A stretch of DNA of 63,903 nucleotides, the filler included, from Lama guanicoe (taxonomy: Eukaryota): the NCBI GenBank assembly GCA_013239625.1. It is 200 parts of 200 records of this genome, joined end to end, with 100 filler letters (N's around TTAATTAATTAA, not from the genome) between each part and the next. Parts side by side here need not be neighbours in the genome. Positions count along the whole stretch, not along the records: positions 1 to 220 come from PNXV01040288.1; positions 321 to 540 come from PNXV01040289.1; positions 641 to 860 come from PNXV01040290.1; positions 961 to 1,180 come from PNXV01040291.1; positions 1,281 to 1,500 come from PNXV01040292.1; positions 1,601 to 1,820 come from PNXV01040293.1; positions 1,921 to 2,140 come from PNXV01040294.1; positions 2,241 to 2,460 come from PNXV01040295.1; 192 more parts are not named here. One strand, given 5' to 3'. Below are positions 1 to 13,019 of the stretch, piece by piece; position 1 is the stretch's first letter, and the number at the start of each line of letters is the position of its first letter. The notes beneath the pieces are model-generated. The model saw nothing but the letters and a program-made list of their open reading frames with translations, was not told the origin of the DNA and made no database searches. Both the position numbers and the translations under genes were made by a program.

Positions 1-220
1 TGTATGTTTTAGAGTAAAGATAAGTTATGGGAGTGAGTGATTTTACTCATTGTCTCTGTCCTAATGTAGACTGAGAATTTTCTCTCACATGGGAGTTGGG
101 GGTTCAACTCTAACTGTGCAAGGCATCGTGCTTAACTTTGGGGGAATAAAAATAGGAATAAGGCTAATTCCTTGAATTTAAACATAGGTGCTTAGATCCT
201 ATAAATGTCAAAAAAAAAAA

Positions 221-320
221 NNNNNNNNNNNNNNNNNNNNNNNNNNNNNNNNNNNNNNNNNNNNTTAATTAATTAANNNNNNNNNNNNNNNNNNNNNNNN
301 NNNNNNNNNNNNNNNNNNNN
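221..320. other. Synthetic linker N44-TTAATTAATTAA-N44 (first of 199; core at 265-276)
   Basis: Palindromic 12-mer giving TAA in all six frames, flanked by 44 N each side. This is a standard pseudomolecule spacer design. Confidence 0.99.
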
Positions 321-960
321 TCCATGAGATGGGCTGTTGGGTGAAAATAATAACAACACTGTTGTCACCGCAGAAACACTGAACTGTTTTGCTGTGGTGG
401 AACTTTGTTATCATGAATAGTGGCAGGAAATCGCGTTTTCTATTCGGGTCAGTAGAGGAAATGCAGACTCTTCATATTGAATTAGCAAAAGTTGTGCTTT
501 GAAAGCCATCGGGCAGCTGGACAAGATGTGCATAAATTTCNNNNNNNNNNNNNNNNNNNNNNNNNNNNNNNNNNNNNNNNNNNNTTAATTAATTAANNNN
601 NNNNNNNNNNNNNNNNNNNNNNNNNNNNNNNNNNNNNNNNAGTCTTTGAGCCCAGGAAGCTCCTATCTTATTTAATTTGGATAAATATTTTGATTTCCAT
701 AGGCAATTTAATTTATTCTTATTTATCTTTAAATTTTCTAGAGAAGTTTATTTTTAATCATCCAACTTGTTCTCAGTAACCTAAGGAGAAGGTATTTGTT
801 CACAGGTGAACTGGATAATTAAGTGTGGTGGCAGCTTCTACTCAGCTAGCAATTTGGGGANNNNNNNNNNNNNNNNNNNNNNNNNNNNNNNNNNNNNNNN
901 NNNNTTAATTAATTAANNNNNNNNNNNNNNNNNNNNNNNNNNNNNNNNNNNNNNNNNNNN

Positions 961-1180
961 GGCTATTTCTTTTTGAGTTAGTTTTAATAGTTTATATCAT
1001 TCAATGAATCGGTTCATTCCATTAAATGTATCTAGTTTATTACTCAGTGTCCCTTTATAATTATTTTTATTTTTCTAAGCTTATTAGTAATGTCCCTCCT
1101 TTCAGTGTTAATTTTAGTAATTTTGGTCTTTATGTAAAAGATTTCTTGAGCTATAATTGATGTACAAAAAGGCACATTTA
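961..1180 (-). mobile_element. Old L1 fragment
   Basis: T-rich antisense L1-like text (tctagtttatt...gtcccttt...taatgtccctcctttcagtgttaattttagtaatt). Confidence 0.55.
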
Positions 1181-2240
1181 NNNNNNNNNNNNNNNNNNNN
1201 NNNNNNNNNNNNNNNNNNNNNNNNTTAATTAATTAANNNNNNNNNNNNNNNNNNNNNNNNNNNNNNNNNNNNNNNNNNNNTAGCGCCTCATGTGGGCCAT
1301 GCTGACAACGTCAAGCACTGTTACAACCATGCTGGACACCGATGCCGGGCTGTCCCAGCAAGCGCGATGAGCTTCTGCAGGGACAGCGTCACCTTATCCT
1401 CCCGTCATCACCAGCATTGCATTTTGCGTTGCTGTCTGGCTCGCCCCTCACGTCAGTGACTGCTGCAGACTTCAGGCTGCAGCATATCTAGTCTGCAGCT
1501 NNNNNNNNNNNNNNNNNNNNNNNNNNNNNNNNNNNNNNNNNNNNTTAATTAATTAANNNNNNNNNNNNNNNNNNNNNNNNNNNNNNNNNNNNNNNNNNNN
1601 TTAAATACTTGATTTTAAACACATTTTTTCTCTTTCAAAAATGAAACACATGTGTTCCTCACATGAAACAGGAAAATATTTTATGAAATATATTTTAGAT
1701 TAACACTTATAAAGCATTTCAAAGACGATGTTTGACACCTATTAAAAATAACAATAGTAGCTCCCATTTGAGTGCCTTCTGTATTCCAGGTCCTTCATGC
1801 GTATTCTCATTCCGTGAGGTNNNNNNNNNNNNNNNNNNNNNNNNNNNNNNNNNNNNNNNNNNNNTTAATTAATTAANNNNNNNNNNNNNNNNNNNNNNNN
1901 NNNNNNNNNNNNNNNNNNNNGAGAGAGACACAAAAACTGTTAGTGTTTATGGAAGCTCTAGAGAGATAAAAAAATATGGACAGGGCACCATCAGCTTCTG
2001 CTAAAATGACCGGGAAGGAAATTGACACTGAAGAGTGTTTTGATGACTGCCCAACACAGCCTGAGCACAGTAGTGAGGCAGAAAGTTTGATTTTTTTTTC
2101 CCTTGCCTAAATATTGGTCACTGAAATAAATGTCCATGTTNNNNNNNNNNNNNNNNNNNNNNNNNNNNNNNNNNNNNNNNNNNNTTAATTAATTAANNNN
2201 NNNNNNNNNNNNNNNNNNNNNNNNNNNNNNNNNNNNNNNN

Positions 2241-2460
2241 CCTTTAAGACTCTGATTCCTCCAAGAAACTTTCCTAACCAGTTCAGTCTCAGAGAGGGCC
2301 TCCTATTTTGGCTTTTATCTGTGCCCACAGCACCCTGCATTTCTTTTATGTCACTTACCTCACTGGTGTATCGTGATGTTTACTTGTCTGATTCCCTTGT
2401 CACATTGCTAACTCCCTGAGGCTAGAAACCACATCTATCTCCAGTGCCTGGCACATGGCA
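2241..2460 (+). mobile_element. L2 LINE 3' region fragment
   Basis: tttacttgtctg...ctccctgagg...tatctccagtgcctggcacatgg resembles the L2 3' end. Confidence 0.7.
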
Positions 2461-3219
2461 NNNNNNNNNNNNNNNNNNNNNNNNNNNNNNNNNNNNNNNN
2501 NNNNTTAATTAATTAANNNNNNNNNNNNNNNNNNNNNNNNNNNNNNNNNNNNNNNNNNNNTGCTTTACAACTATATAAATACATAGATCTGTGAGCTTTC
2601 ATCAGAAGAGTGATTTCATAATGAGTTAATATTTCAGTTGATAAATATTCTATTTTGCAACCAGAGTTCCAGTAGAAAGTGGGACATACAAAATCAGAGA
2701 TTACAGAATAAAGTCAGTGGGTTTACTTATGTGCTGACAGAAAAACTATGCAACAAATTAGGAGTTCTAAAGCTGCTTCANNNNNNNNNNNNNNNNNNNN
2801 NNNNNNNNNNNNNNNNNNNNNNNNTTAATTAATTAANNNNNNNNNNNNNNNNNNNNNNNNNNNNNNNNNNNNNNNNNNNNTTTTAGGTAGTAGATTTTAG
2901 TAAGTGCAGTGCTAATTCCCCCTCTTCCTTCCCTCAAGGCCTGGGGTTTGTTGTTGTTGTTGTTGTCTTTGCGCTTATGTTCTCAGAGACTTGTCTGGGC
3001 TATTTTACTAAAATCTGTTTTCCTTAACTATGTGCACCATCTGAAGTTGCACATCAGAGGACACAGACTCAGGTGTACATAGCCACCTCTCTTTTTCTGA
3101 NNNNNNNNNNNNNNNNNNNNNNNNNNNNNNNNNNNNNNNNNNNNTTAATTAATTAANNNNNNNNNNNNNNNNNNNNNNNNNNNNNNNNNNNNNNNNNNNN
3201 TAAGCAAACTACCATATCG

Positions 3220-3300
3220 CCTTTAGTCTTCATCCCAAACCCAGTGTCTAGGACAGTGCTCTGAACATATTAAGCCCTTATTAATATTTGTTGAATTAAC
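3220..3300 (+). mobile_element. L2 3' end fragment
   Basis: cccagtgtctaggacagtgctctgaacatattaagcc...aatatttgttgaattaa. Confidence 0.6.
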
Positions 3301-3840
3301 AATCATGAGAAGACTATATGAGATTCATAGAATCAAAAAGTTATTCTGCTTAAGAACTACAAAATCAAAAGACTTTTTTAAGAAAGCTACTCATTCTTTT
3401 GCAAAAGGTTGGTATGTTATNNNNNNNNNNNNNNNNNNNNNNNNNNNNNNNNNNNNNNNNNNNNTTAATTAATTAANNNNNNNNNNNNNNNNNNNNNNNN
3501 NNNNNNNNNNNNNNNNNNNNTGCAACTGTACTTCAACAATCAACCTAATAAATTTTAAGGACACATAAGATTTTATTTTGGAAGTGAAAGAAAAATTCTT
3601 ATATAGAAAAATAAATATATATTTTGAATAATAAGTCAAAGCAAGTTATCCTTGTAAAATTGACAACACAAATGTCACAAGATACAGAAAAATAATATTT
3701 TTAATTAACTAACACAGTTAACATTTTCCCTATAGTTTTTNNNNNNNNNNNNNNNNNNNNNNNNNNNNNNNNNNNNNNNNNNNNTTAATTAATTAANNNN
3801 NNNNNNNNNNNNNNNNNNNNNNNNNNNNNNNNNNNNNNNN

Positions 3841-4060
3841 AAGCCACGCGGGCCCCGGCGAATCCGACCAAATAAGCCCTGAAACTCACAGTTTGGTGCC
3901 GCGTGCGTCAAACCGGGGCGACGCCGGGCGCGCGCGGCGTCCCCGCGTCACACGCCGCTCTGTACGCCGCCCGGCCCGGCGGCCCCCTCCGCTCCCCGCT
4001 TCTCGCCGCCGGCCCCGGTTCCCACGGCGCAGGCGCGCGGCTTTCCCGCCTCCGCCTGGG
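3841..4060. promoter_or_regulatory. CpG-island fragment
   Basis: Very GC-rich with dense CpG in an otherwise CpG-depleted genome. Confidence 0.75.
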
Positions 4061-5440
4061 NNNNNNNNNNNNNNNNNNNNNNNNNNNNNNNNNNNNNNNN
4101 NNNNTTAATTAATTAANNNNNNNNNNNNNNNNNNNNNNNNNNNNNNNNNNNNNNNNNNNNTTTTTTTTTTTTAAAGCAGTTTTTCCCACATAAACAGGAG
4201 TTGGATTGGAGGTATACAGACACTTGAGAAGGTGGGAAAACACATGAAAGCCTGAAAGAGTACAGTAGCTTACGACACGTAATGTGCCTAAAGAAGTCTG
4301 AGCTTGGGCTGTGCACAGGGTGAAAAGACCCTGGTGGTTTGAGCTGTAGCACACTTTCAGAAAACCTACATGTCCAGCGCNNNNNNNNNNNNNNNNNNNN
4401 NNNNNNNNNNNNNNNNNNNNNNNNTTAATTAATTAANNNNNNNNNNNNNNNNNNNNNNNNNNNNNNNNNNNNNNNNNNNNATAATGTTTCACAAAAGCCT
4501 TAAAATATTCTCACCCCAACTTGACACATTAAGAAACTGTTGGAGAGAAGTTTATCACATTGTGCAAGATTAGAGAGAGGCCAGTAAGACACCATATTTA
4601 AACCCAAGGCCCTGCTCCAGTACTCACACTAGAAAGTGTGACATACTGCCGCTTTCCTGCCCTCTCCATGCAATAAATCTCTGAAGAGTCTTTTCTGTGC
4701 NNNNNNNNNNNNNNNNNNNNNNNNNNNNNNNNNNNNNNNNNNNNTTAATTAATTAANNNNNNNNNNNNNNNNNNNNNNNNNNNNNNNNNNNNNNNNNNNN
4801 ATTCAACGATGTCCAGTTGGCAGAGAAGCAGTGCAACCTGCACTCACTCACTCCCATGTACACAGCAATGGGAACATCCACTCAACCAGCTCTTGGCACA
4901 GGACACTTGCCGAAGAGTGGTCTGTTATTTCCAAGAACAGGATGAGGCCTCAGAACACCTGGAAGCAGGAAAAGGCATAGCAGGGAATGGAAACCAGTGC
5001 AGGGTCTGACCCCTGGTGATNNNNNNNNNNNNNNNNNNNNNNNNNNNNNNNNNNNNNNNNNNNNTTAATTAATTAANNNNNNNNNNNNNNNNNNNNNNNN
5101 NNNNNNNNNNNNNNNNNNNNGGTTGATTTTAGTGCTGAGGAAAGGATTATATAAACAGTCCTGGAGTGCTTTGTAGTTTCAAAATGTAAGGGAGCTTAAC
5201 AACAGCAACAGTAGCCACAACAACAAAGGCGTATCAAAGTTGACACTATAACTGACCTGGGCTTCCAAAGATGAAAGCTGGCACAATTTGTGTAGCAGAA
5301 TGAGTAAGAGTAGCGTTGGACTGTAGCCTAAAGAGTAAAANNNNNNNNNNNNNNNNNNNNNNNNNNNNNNNNNNNNNNNNNNNNTTAATTAATTAANNNN
5401 NNNNNNNNNNNNNNNNNNNNNNNNNNNNNNNNNNNNNNNN

Positions 5441-5660
5441 GGGAGGGAGGCCGCGCGGGCCTCTGCGGGGCGGGAAGGGCCGGCGCCGGCAATCTGGGCG
5501 CCGGGGGCCAGGGCTGTGGGCGCGGTGAGCACCCCGGAGCCCTTGTCGCTCCCCACCCCTCCCGCGGCCCCAAAGTTGTGCCCCCGCCGCTTGGGCTCTC
5601 CGGCGACGGGCGCGGAAGCCTCCGTGGCCCTCGGGCCGCTGCCTAGCCCGCCCTGCGCCC
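5441..5660. promoter_or_regulatory. CpG-island fragment
   Basis: Very GC-rich, many CpG, GGGGCGGG GC-box and CGGAAG ETS-like site. Confidence 0.75.
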
Positions 5661-5768
5661 NNNNNNNNNNNNNNNNNNNNNNNNNNNNNNNNNNNNNNNN
5701 NNNNTTAATTAATTAANNNNNNNNNNNNNNNNNNNNNNNNNNNNNNNNNNNNNNNNNNNNAACTACGT

Positions 5769-5810
5769 GAATAAATAGACCTAATTACCTCTTCCCACAA
5801 AAAAAAAAAG
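5769..5810 (+). mobile_element. 3' tail of Vic-1-like SINE
   Basis: aataaatagacctaattacctcttcccacaaaaaaaaaa matches the ACCTAATTAC-C-rich-A tail of the copy at 49990-50133. Confidence 0.7.
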
Positions 5811-6779
5811 TAGATAAAGAAAAATCAGTAGTTTCCTCTAGTTCCTGCATACAACTACTAAAGATGTGATAGGCATCTTTTTCATCATATTTTAAACAAA
5901 AGTGCATATAAATATTTCATAGTTGTATACAATATATATGTATGCATATACACATGTGTATGTATATGACATATGTATACNNNNNNNNNNNNNNNNNNNN
6001 NNNNNNNNNNNNNNNNNNNNNNNNTTAATTAATTAANNNNNNNNNNNNNNNNNNNNNNNNNNNNNNNNNNNNNNNNNNNNATTTGTTTCCAGGCTTTCTT
6101 GTATACAAAATATTGAAATATTCAAAATGGTTTTTTTTCATTAGTAGAAATTTTTTAAGTTTTACTTGTTCAAAAATTATGAAATGAAAAAAAATGTTAA
6201 ACTATTTCTCTTAACTACTAGCATGAATTCAAACAACCCCCCCATAAAATTATTCAGGATAGTAACACAAATTATGTATTTAGTATTGAAACTTAATGTG
6301 NNNNNNNNNNNNNNNNNNNNNNNNNNNNNNNNNNNNNNNNNNNNTTAATTAATTAANNNNNNNNNNNNNNNNNNNNNNNNNNNNNNNNNNNNNNNNNNNN
6401 CCTTCCTGCCTCCCCAGAGTCACTGATCCAGCGGTGGGGTGTTGGGGGCTCCTTTTCTTAGAGGAGCCTGCCCCCTGCTTGGCTTACTGTGTGGGTCCAT
6501 AAATCCTACATAGTCACATCCCCTTTACATTTATATAAATGCTGTTAATGGGTATAATTCAGCAACTTTTTTTTTAAGTCAACATGTTTTTGAAATTTGT
6601 CCATTGTTACCATGTGACCTNNNNNNNNNNNNNNNNNNNNNNNNNNNNNNNNNNNNNNNNNNNNTTAATTAATTAANNNNNNNNNNNNNNNNNNNNNNNN
6701 NNNNNNNNNNNNNNNNNNNNCCATGGTCAAATTTATAATGAAGTGGGCAGAGAGATGATATTCACCCTGCTCTCAGCCC

Positions 6780-6930
6780 TTAACCACTTTTATGATCTTA
6801 TTTAAGCATCACAATCAAACCACTGAGATTGGTACCCGTATTTCCATTTCATAGCTAAGAAAACGGAGGCTCTGAGAGCACAAGAGACTTTGCCATCACT
6901 AGAGGGTGGTGGAGATTGAATTCAAATGCT
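6780..6930 (-). mobile_element. MIR SINE fragment
   Basis: atttaagcatcacaatc...tttccatttcatagctaagaaaacggaggctctgagag is the MIR core. Confidence 0.7.
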
Positions 6931-7680
6931 GGCACCAAAGNNNNNNNNNNNNNNNNNNNNNNNNNNNNNNNNNNNNNNNNNNNNTTAATTAATTAANNNN
7001 NNNNNNNNNNNNNNNNNNNNNNNNNNNNNNNNNNNNNNNNCTGGCTGTGATTTGTTAGAGTGAAAATAGGGAGTACAGTCTAGGGAAAGGCGAGGCTGCA
7101 GGAATCAGGATTTAAGAGATCAGTCTAGCTGTGAAGAACTGGGTTAAGCACCAATGAAAGATATGCTATGAAAAACCTTGACTGTTAAAAATGGGGGGTT
7201 TGAAAATATGGTATAAGATGTGGGGAGCCATTGAAAGTTTTCAAGGAAAAGAGAGAAATGNNNNNNNNNNNNNNNNNNNNNNNNNNNNNNNNNNNNNNNN
7301 NNNNTTAATTAATTAANNNNNNNNNNNNNNNNNNNNNNNNNNNNNNNNNNNNNNNNNNNNTCCAATATTTAGTAGCACTTTAAAAAGTGATTTTCAAAAA
7401 TTTCCTGATCTCTAAGAACCCAAATTTACAGGGAGGGATGAGGGAACCAGGGACTTTACAGGATTTGCCAACAAATCAACAAATCCTCTGTTCTCCTTTC
7501 AAAAAAAAAAAAATCCTTAAAAAGGCAAACGTTTAAAAAATCAGATTATCTTCATAATTTTTGAATACACGAGCTGTTCTNNNNNNNNNNNNNNNNNNNN
7601 NNNNNNNNNNNNNNNNNNNNNNNNTTAATTAATTAANNNNNNNNNNNNNNNNNNNNNNNNNNNNNNNNNNNNNNNNNNNN

Positions 7681-7900
7681 TTCTAGCCCAATGCCTGACA
7701 CAGAGTAGGTGCTCAGTAATTTTGGATGAAAAGTCTCAACTCTGACCTTAGAAATAGAATTGGAAAACAGACTGATTACTAAAAGGTTTTAGAAATAGAA
7801 TCAACAGGACTTGGCAAAGCCTTGGAAGTAGAGAATAAAGATAACAGCCATGGATAAGTCAGATTTCCAGCTTGGAAAGGCATAAATTCAAGAACAGTCT
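7681..7900. mobile_element. L2 fragments
   Basis: tctagcccaatgcctgacacagagtaggtgctcagtaa, and agaatcaacaggacttggc...agatttccagcttgg. Confidence 0.6.
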
Positions 7901-8640
7901 NNNNNNNNNNNNNNNNNNNNNNNNNNNNNNNNNNNNNNNNNNNNTTAATTAATTAANNNNNNNNNNNNNNNNNNNNNNNNNNNNNNNNNNNNNNNNNNNN
8001 CTTCCACAAGCCCTTTGTGGGGGCAGGGGGGTGGGGACAACAGTGCAGACTCCCCTTGTCCTTCCACTGGCTTGAGAGGTCAGTACAGCTTGGTTTGTGC
8101 TCATCACGCATTGCTTGATTTGATCCTAGAGATAACGGGCATCAGCTTGGAATGTCGTAAGAAAGCACCGTGGATGGGGCACCTTACACAAGAGACATGT
8201 CTGGTCTCCCCGTCCTGGAGNNNNNNNNNNNNNNNNNNNNNNNNNNNNNNNNNNNNNNNNNNNNTTAATTAATTAANNNNNNNNNNNNNNNNNNNNNNNN
8301 NNNNNNNNNNNNNNNNNNNNCACACATGTGGATGTGACTCTGTAGGGTCAGCGCACCCACACTTCTCCATTCACTTACTCAGTAGTCACTACTTTTCTAT
8401 TATTTGACCTACAAATTGCCCCCCTCCTACCCCTACACTGAGCATTTCAAAAGAATGACCTAAAAACTAAACTTTTTATCCCACAAACTCTAATCTCATT
8501 ACTAGGAGCCATAAGGTTAGCCTATGAATGAATTAAAAAGNNNNNNNNNNNNNNNNNNNNNNNNNNNNNNNNNNNNNNNNNNNNTTAATTAATTAANNNN
8601 NNNNNNNNNNNNNNNNNNNNNNNNNNNNNNNNNNNNNNNN

Positions 8641-8692
8641 CCTAGGTTCAATCCCTGATACTGCCATAAAAACAAACAAACAAATAAACAAA
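8641..8692 (+). mobile_element. 3' half of tRNA-derived Vic-1-like SINE
   Basis: cctaggttcaatccctgatactgcc (Pol III B box GGTTCAATCCC) followed by an A-rich (AAAC)n tail. Confidence 0.7.
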
Positions 8693-9600
8693 GTGGGTTT
8701 CTTAAAAAAAAAAAGGAACAAACTTAAAAAAATATATATCTTTAGAATTAAGGCCAGAAAAACCACAAAATGATATGTCCTGTGAGATTTCCTAAGGGGA
8801 CATTTATTTAGCAAAGCCCTGGCGAGAGAGGAACTGGCATCACTGAAAAGTACAGTGGTGNNNNNNNNNNNNNNNNNNNNNNNNNNNNNNNNNNNNNNNN
8901 NNNNTTAATTAATTAANNNNNNNNNNNNNNNNNNNNNNNNNNNNNNNNNNNNNNNNNNNNTGGTCGCCCAGTTCTACCACAGCCCTGCGGACAACAAGCG
9001 TGTAAGAGGGGCCCCGTCTTGCCCTCACGGGGCTGTATTTGGGGAAGATGGCTGCGCTAAAGGGAGATGGGGGATGGAGCGCTTAGGCATCTTTGCAGCC
9101 TGACTGGTAGCCAGGGACTGCTTTTCTGCTTAGCTGGGAGTTGGTGACAGTGTAATTCTCAGGGTGGAACCGTGCATAATNNNNNNNNNNNNNNNNNNNN
9201 NNNNNNNNNNNNNNNNNNNNNNNNTTAATTAATTAANNNNNNNNNNNNNNNNNNNNNNNNNNNNNNNNNNNNNNNNNNNNATGTTGTACGTATTGAAAGA
9301 ATAAATGTGACAGTTTTTTGCTGGCTGCTGCCATTATATTTTTTAATAAGTTTACTATGAACATGTTTGGGTCAGTTTCTAATTATTCTTGCATCTGTTA
9401 TGAAAAGAGAGAAAGGAATTTTCTTCACTAATTCTTTGTCAAGAACCAAACTTCCTCAGTCTGGTTGTCACCTGAGACCTAACTCTGTTTAATCTTTCTA
9501 NNNNNNNNNNNNNNNNNNNNNNNNNNNNNNNNNNNNNNNNNNNNTTAATTAATTAANNNNNNNNNNNNNNNNNNNNNNNNNNNNNNNNNNNNNNNNNNNN

Positions 9601-9820
9601 GAACCAGCGCAATGAATAAGCCTTGATTGGATGCCAGGACCGAGAAAAGTGATGAAGCTCTTTATCGTTGTAATTAAGGACACTTGGATATGGATATATG
9701 TCAAATAACAGTGCTAGATCCATGTTAAGTTTTAATGAGCGACGGTTCTGCTGTGATCATGGAGGAGAACGCTCCTATTCACAGCTGACAGATGCTGGAG
9801 GGTTTAGGGGAAATACATGC
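9601..9820 (+). mobile_element. Old L1 (L1MC/L1ME-type) 3' UTR fragment
   Basis: atgttaagttt...tgtgatcatggaggagaacgctcctattc...atgctggagggtttagggg resembles the L1ME/MC 3' end. Confidence 0.6.
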
Positions 9821-10240
9821 NNNNNNNNNNNNNNNNNNNNNNNNNNNNNNNNNNNNNNNNNNNNTTAATTAATTAANNNNNNNNNNNNNNNNNNNNNNNN
9901 NNNNNNNNNNNNNNNNNNNNAAAGTTGTAATGACTGATTTTTATGTGTTTTCTTTGTGCCAGTTGTTTTGGGTTTTTTTCTCTCTTAGTCTCCAAAGATA
10001 GGTCAATTCTTTGGACTTTTTTCTTGGTTGAGAAAAGGAGTTTTTCTAGAGGACTTGGCAGTCCTACCCATGGGCATCCAAAGAGAAGCACATAGGGGTG
10101 TTCACGTAAATGGTCCAGGTATGTCTGTGCAGATGTGCCANNNNNNNNNNNNNNNNNNNNNNNNNNNNNNNNNNNNNNNNNNNNTTAATTAATTAANNNN
10201 NNNNNNNNNNNNNNNNNNNNNNNNNNNNNNNNNNNNNNNN

Positions 10241-10459
10241 AGAATTTAGAATATAGAATGTAGAATATATAATATAGAATAAAGAATACAGAATGTAGAA
10301 TACAGTATGTAGAATTTAGAATGAAAAACACACAATATAGAATAGAGAAGAGAATATAGAATCCAGAATTTTGAACATGGAATGCAGAACACAGAATTTA
10401 GATTATACAGTACAGAATACTGAATATAGAATTTAGAATATAGAATATAAAACACAGAA
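10241..10459. repeat. AGAAT-based heptamer satellite (AGAATAT/AGAATAC/AGAATTT/AGAATGT)
   Basis: The whole contig is degenerate 7-bp units. The same family occurs at 36480-36699. Confidence 0.9.
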
Positions 10460-12544
10460 NNNNNNNNNNNNNNNNNNNNNNNNNNNNNNNNNNNNNNNNN
10501 NNNTTAATTAATTAANNNNNNNNNNNNNNNNNNNNNNNNNNNNNNNNNNNNNNNNNNNNCAATTTACATTGTTGAGTGACATTTCACTACCTGGATATAC
10601 TGTAATTTTTTATTTCATTCTTGATAGACACTTGGGTCATTTTCAGCTTTCTCTATTACGAACAATGCTGCTGCACATACGTAAGAGATTAGCTAGGTAT
10701 TTAGGAGGAGGAGAATGGCAAAATTCTTCGCTATACACCTCCTTGCCACATAATACCAAATTTATTTTAAGAGTGGTTGNNNNNNNNNNNNNNNNNNNNN
10801 NNNNNNNNNNNNNNNNNNNNNNNTTAATTAATTAANNNNNNNNNNNNNNNNNNNNNNNNNNNNNNNNNNNNNNNNNNNNTTAATGTTAATGCTTTGAATG
10901 ATTCATTTTTAAATAGGTATTTGAGAATGTTGAAAAAAAAAAAAGAGAGAGAGATAAAAAAGAAGAAAAAACACAGGGAAAAAGACCTGGATGTAAGTAT
11001 GTGGAAAAAGACAGTATCATTAAGAAAGGAGGGAGGGTGGGAAGAGAAAAAAATCGAATAATGTGCCTCCTACTATTTTTTTGTATTATGGTAAAATACN
11101 NNNNNNNNNNNNNNNNNNNNNNNNNNNNNNNNNNNNNNNNNNNTTAATTAATTAANNNNNNNNNNNNNNNNNNNNNNNNNNNNNNNNNNNNNNNNNNNNG
11201 GACTGAATCAGTCAGTACCCAGTGCCTTCCAGGCTCTCTGCACTTCTCGTAACCCAGGCCATCATCACCGACGAGACCACATTTAAGCCCTGAAAACCAA
11301 AGATCACAGCACCCTGCCTGGGCTGAGAGAGAATGAGCCAGGAAACTGCTAGCTGAGGAAGGTGGCAGGATGAGAAACAGCGAGGTTAGGAAGGTTCCCA
11401 TGGAGACCAGGGAAGCCAGNNNNNNNNNNNNNNNNNNNNNNNNNNNNNNNNNNNNNNNNNNNNTTAATTAATTAANNNNNNNNNNNNNNNNNNNNNNNNN
11501 NNNNNNNNNNNNNNNNNNNGGGAGGGGAGGGAAGGGAGAAAGAAAGAAAACATCTAAATGGCCAACAAGCATATGTTAGTACAACTGAGGCTGGGAACAG
11601 GAAAGTGGAAATTGAAGTAATGGCTTGCTTACTACAGTATTATCTTGGGTTCCTGAAAGCCACTCAATCAAGGTCTTCAAATGGTATATTATCTTTTAAT
11701 TTTTAACAGATTAATAAACAATGTTTAGAAAACATACTGNNNNNNNNNNNNNNNNNNNNNNNNNNNNNNNNNNNNNNNNNNNNTTAATTAATTAANNNNN
11801 NNNNNNNNNNNNNNNNNNNNNNNNNNNNNNNNNNNNNNNATGTCTTCCTTTTTTCATCTTTCTCCATGCTGTTTTCTGAAGTGTGGACGCAGTGTTGAAC
11901 AGTTTATACCACGTGGGCAAGGACAATCCTCTAGGAAAGGTGGAACAGTCTAGAAAAATCCTGGGTCTCTGGGTGCTCTTGTAAAGTAGATCTGCCTTAT
12001 TAGCCCTGACAGCCCATATCCAGATTGCTGTTAAGAAAGAAATAAAATTCTGCCTCATANNNNNNNNNNNNNNNNNNNNNNNNNNNNNNNNNNNNNNNNN
12101 NNNTTAATTAATTAANNNNNNNNNNNNNNNNNNNNNNNNNNNNNNNNNNNNNNNNNNNNATAGTGTGTCAATTCTCCAAAACAGGGTGTCCAGGGGGGGC
12201 GTAGTACAAAGATAATCATTAAATAAACCAGAGCTCAGAGACCAGCAGGACCAGGAGAGAAACAGAATGAAGGGAACGCAGCCCTGGAAGAGGAACAGAC
12301 CAGGGCGCAGGGACAGAACAGGCGTGACATCAAGTGACGGCCATAGAAAGACTTACCCCCAAAATGCCTAAATGTAAGGNNNNNNNNNNNNNNNNNNNNN
12401 NNNNNNNNNNNNNNNNNNNNNNNTTAATTAATTAANNNNNNNNNNNNNNNNNNNNNNNNNNNNNNNNNNNNNNNNNNNNGGCTTGTCTTTTGTTGAGTAG
12501 TTATTTGTTCCAATATTTTTAATTAAATGTCCAGAGCTAAAGAC

Positions 12545-12650
12545 CCTCTCTTATTATAGGGTTGTTGTGCAGATTGAAAGAGTTAGCATATGTAATTCAC
12601 CTTAATTCACTTCAACATACTAAGACTATGTAAGTGTTTGCTGTTGTTAT
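12545..12650 (+). mobile_element. MIR 3' fragment
   Basis: atagggttgttgtgcagattgaaagagttagcatatgtaa. Confidence 0.65.
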
Positions 12651-12799
12651 TGCTAAGATTTGTCTCTATGGTTCTCACTATAGAGTTGACCACAAATATN
12701 NNNNNNNNNNNNNNNNNNNNNNNNNNNNNNNNNNNNNNNNNNNTTAATTAATTAANNNNNNNNNNNNNNNNNNNNNNNNNNNNNNNNNNNNNNNNNNNN

Positions 12800-13019
12800 T
12801 ACTTTTCAGGTAATTATTGATAAGTATGTACTTATTGCCATTATTTTTAACTTGTTTTCTGGTTGTTTTGTAGTTTATTTTTCCTTCTTCTTTTGCTTTC
12901 TTCCCTTGAGATTTTATGACTATCTTTTTTGTTTGGATCTCTTTTCTTTGTGTGTGTGTATCTACTATGAGTTTTTGATTTGTCATTACCATGAGGTTCC
13001 TGTATCACAGCATATATAG
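12800..13019 (-). mobile_element. L1 fragment (inter-ORF region)
   Basis: ttcaggtaattattgataagtatgtacttattgccatt...gtttttgatttgtcattaccatgagg is typical antisense L1. Confidence 0.7.

Noticed and set aside
210..220. Terminal A/T runs (also near 4161, 42770, 46610, 47571, 61331) as mRNA poly(A) tails
   Set aside because: The runs are short and mostly lack a well-placed AATAAA. They are more simply genomic homopolymers at contig ends. A transcript origin is not excluded but is unsupported.
10246..10455. Y/S/I/L/F-rich ORFs here and at 36428-36682
   Set aside because: These are translations of the AGAAT satellite.
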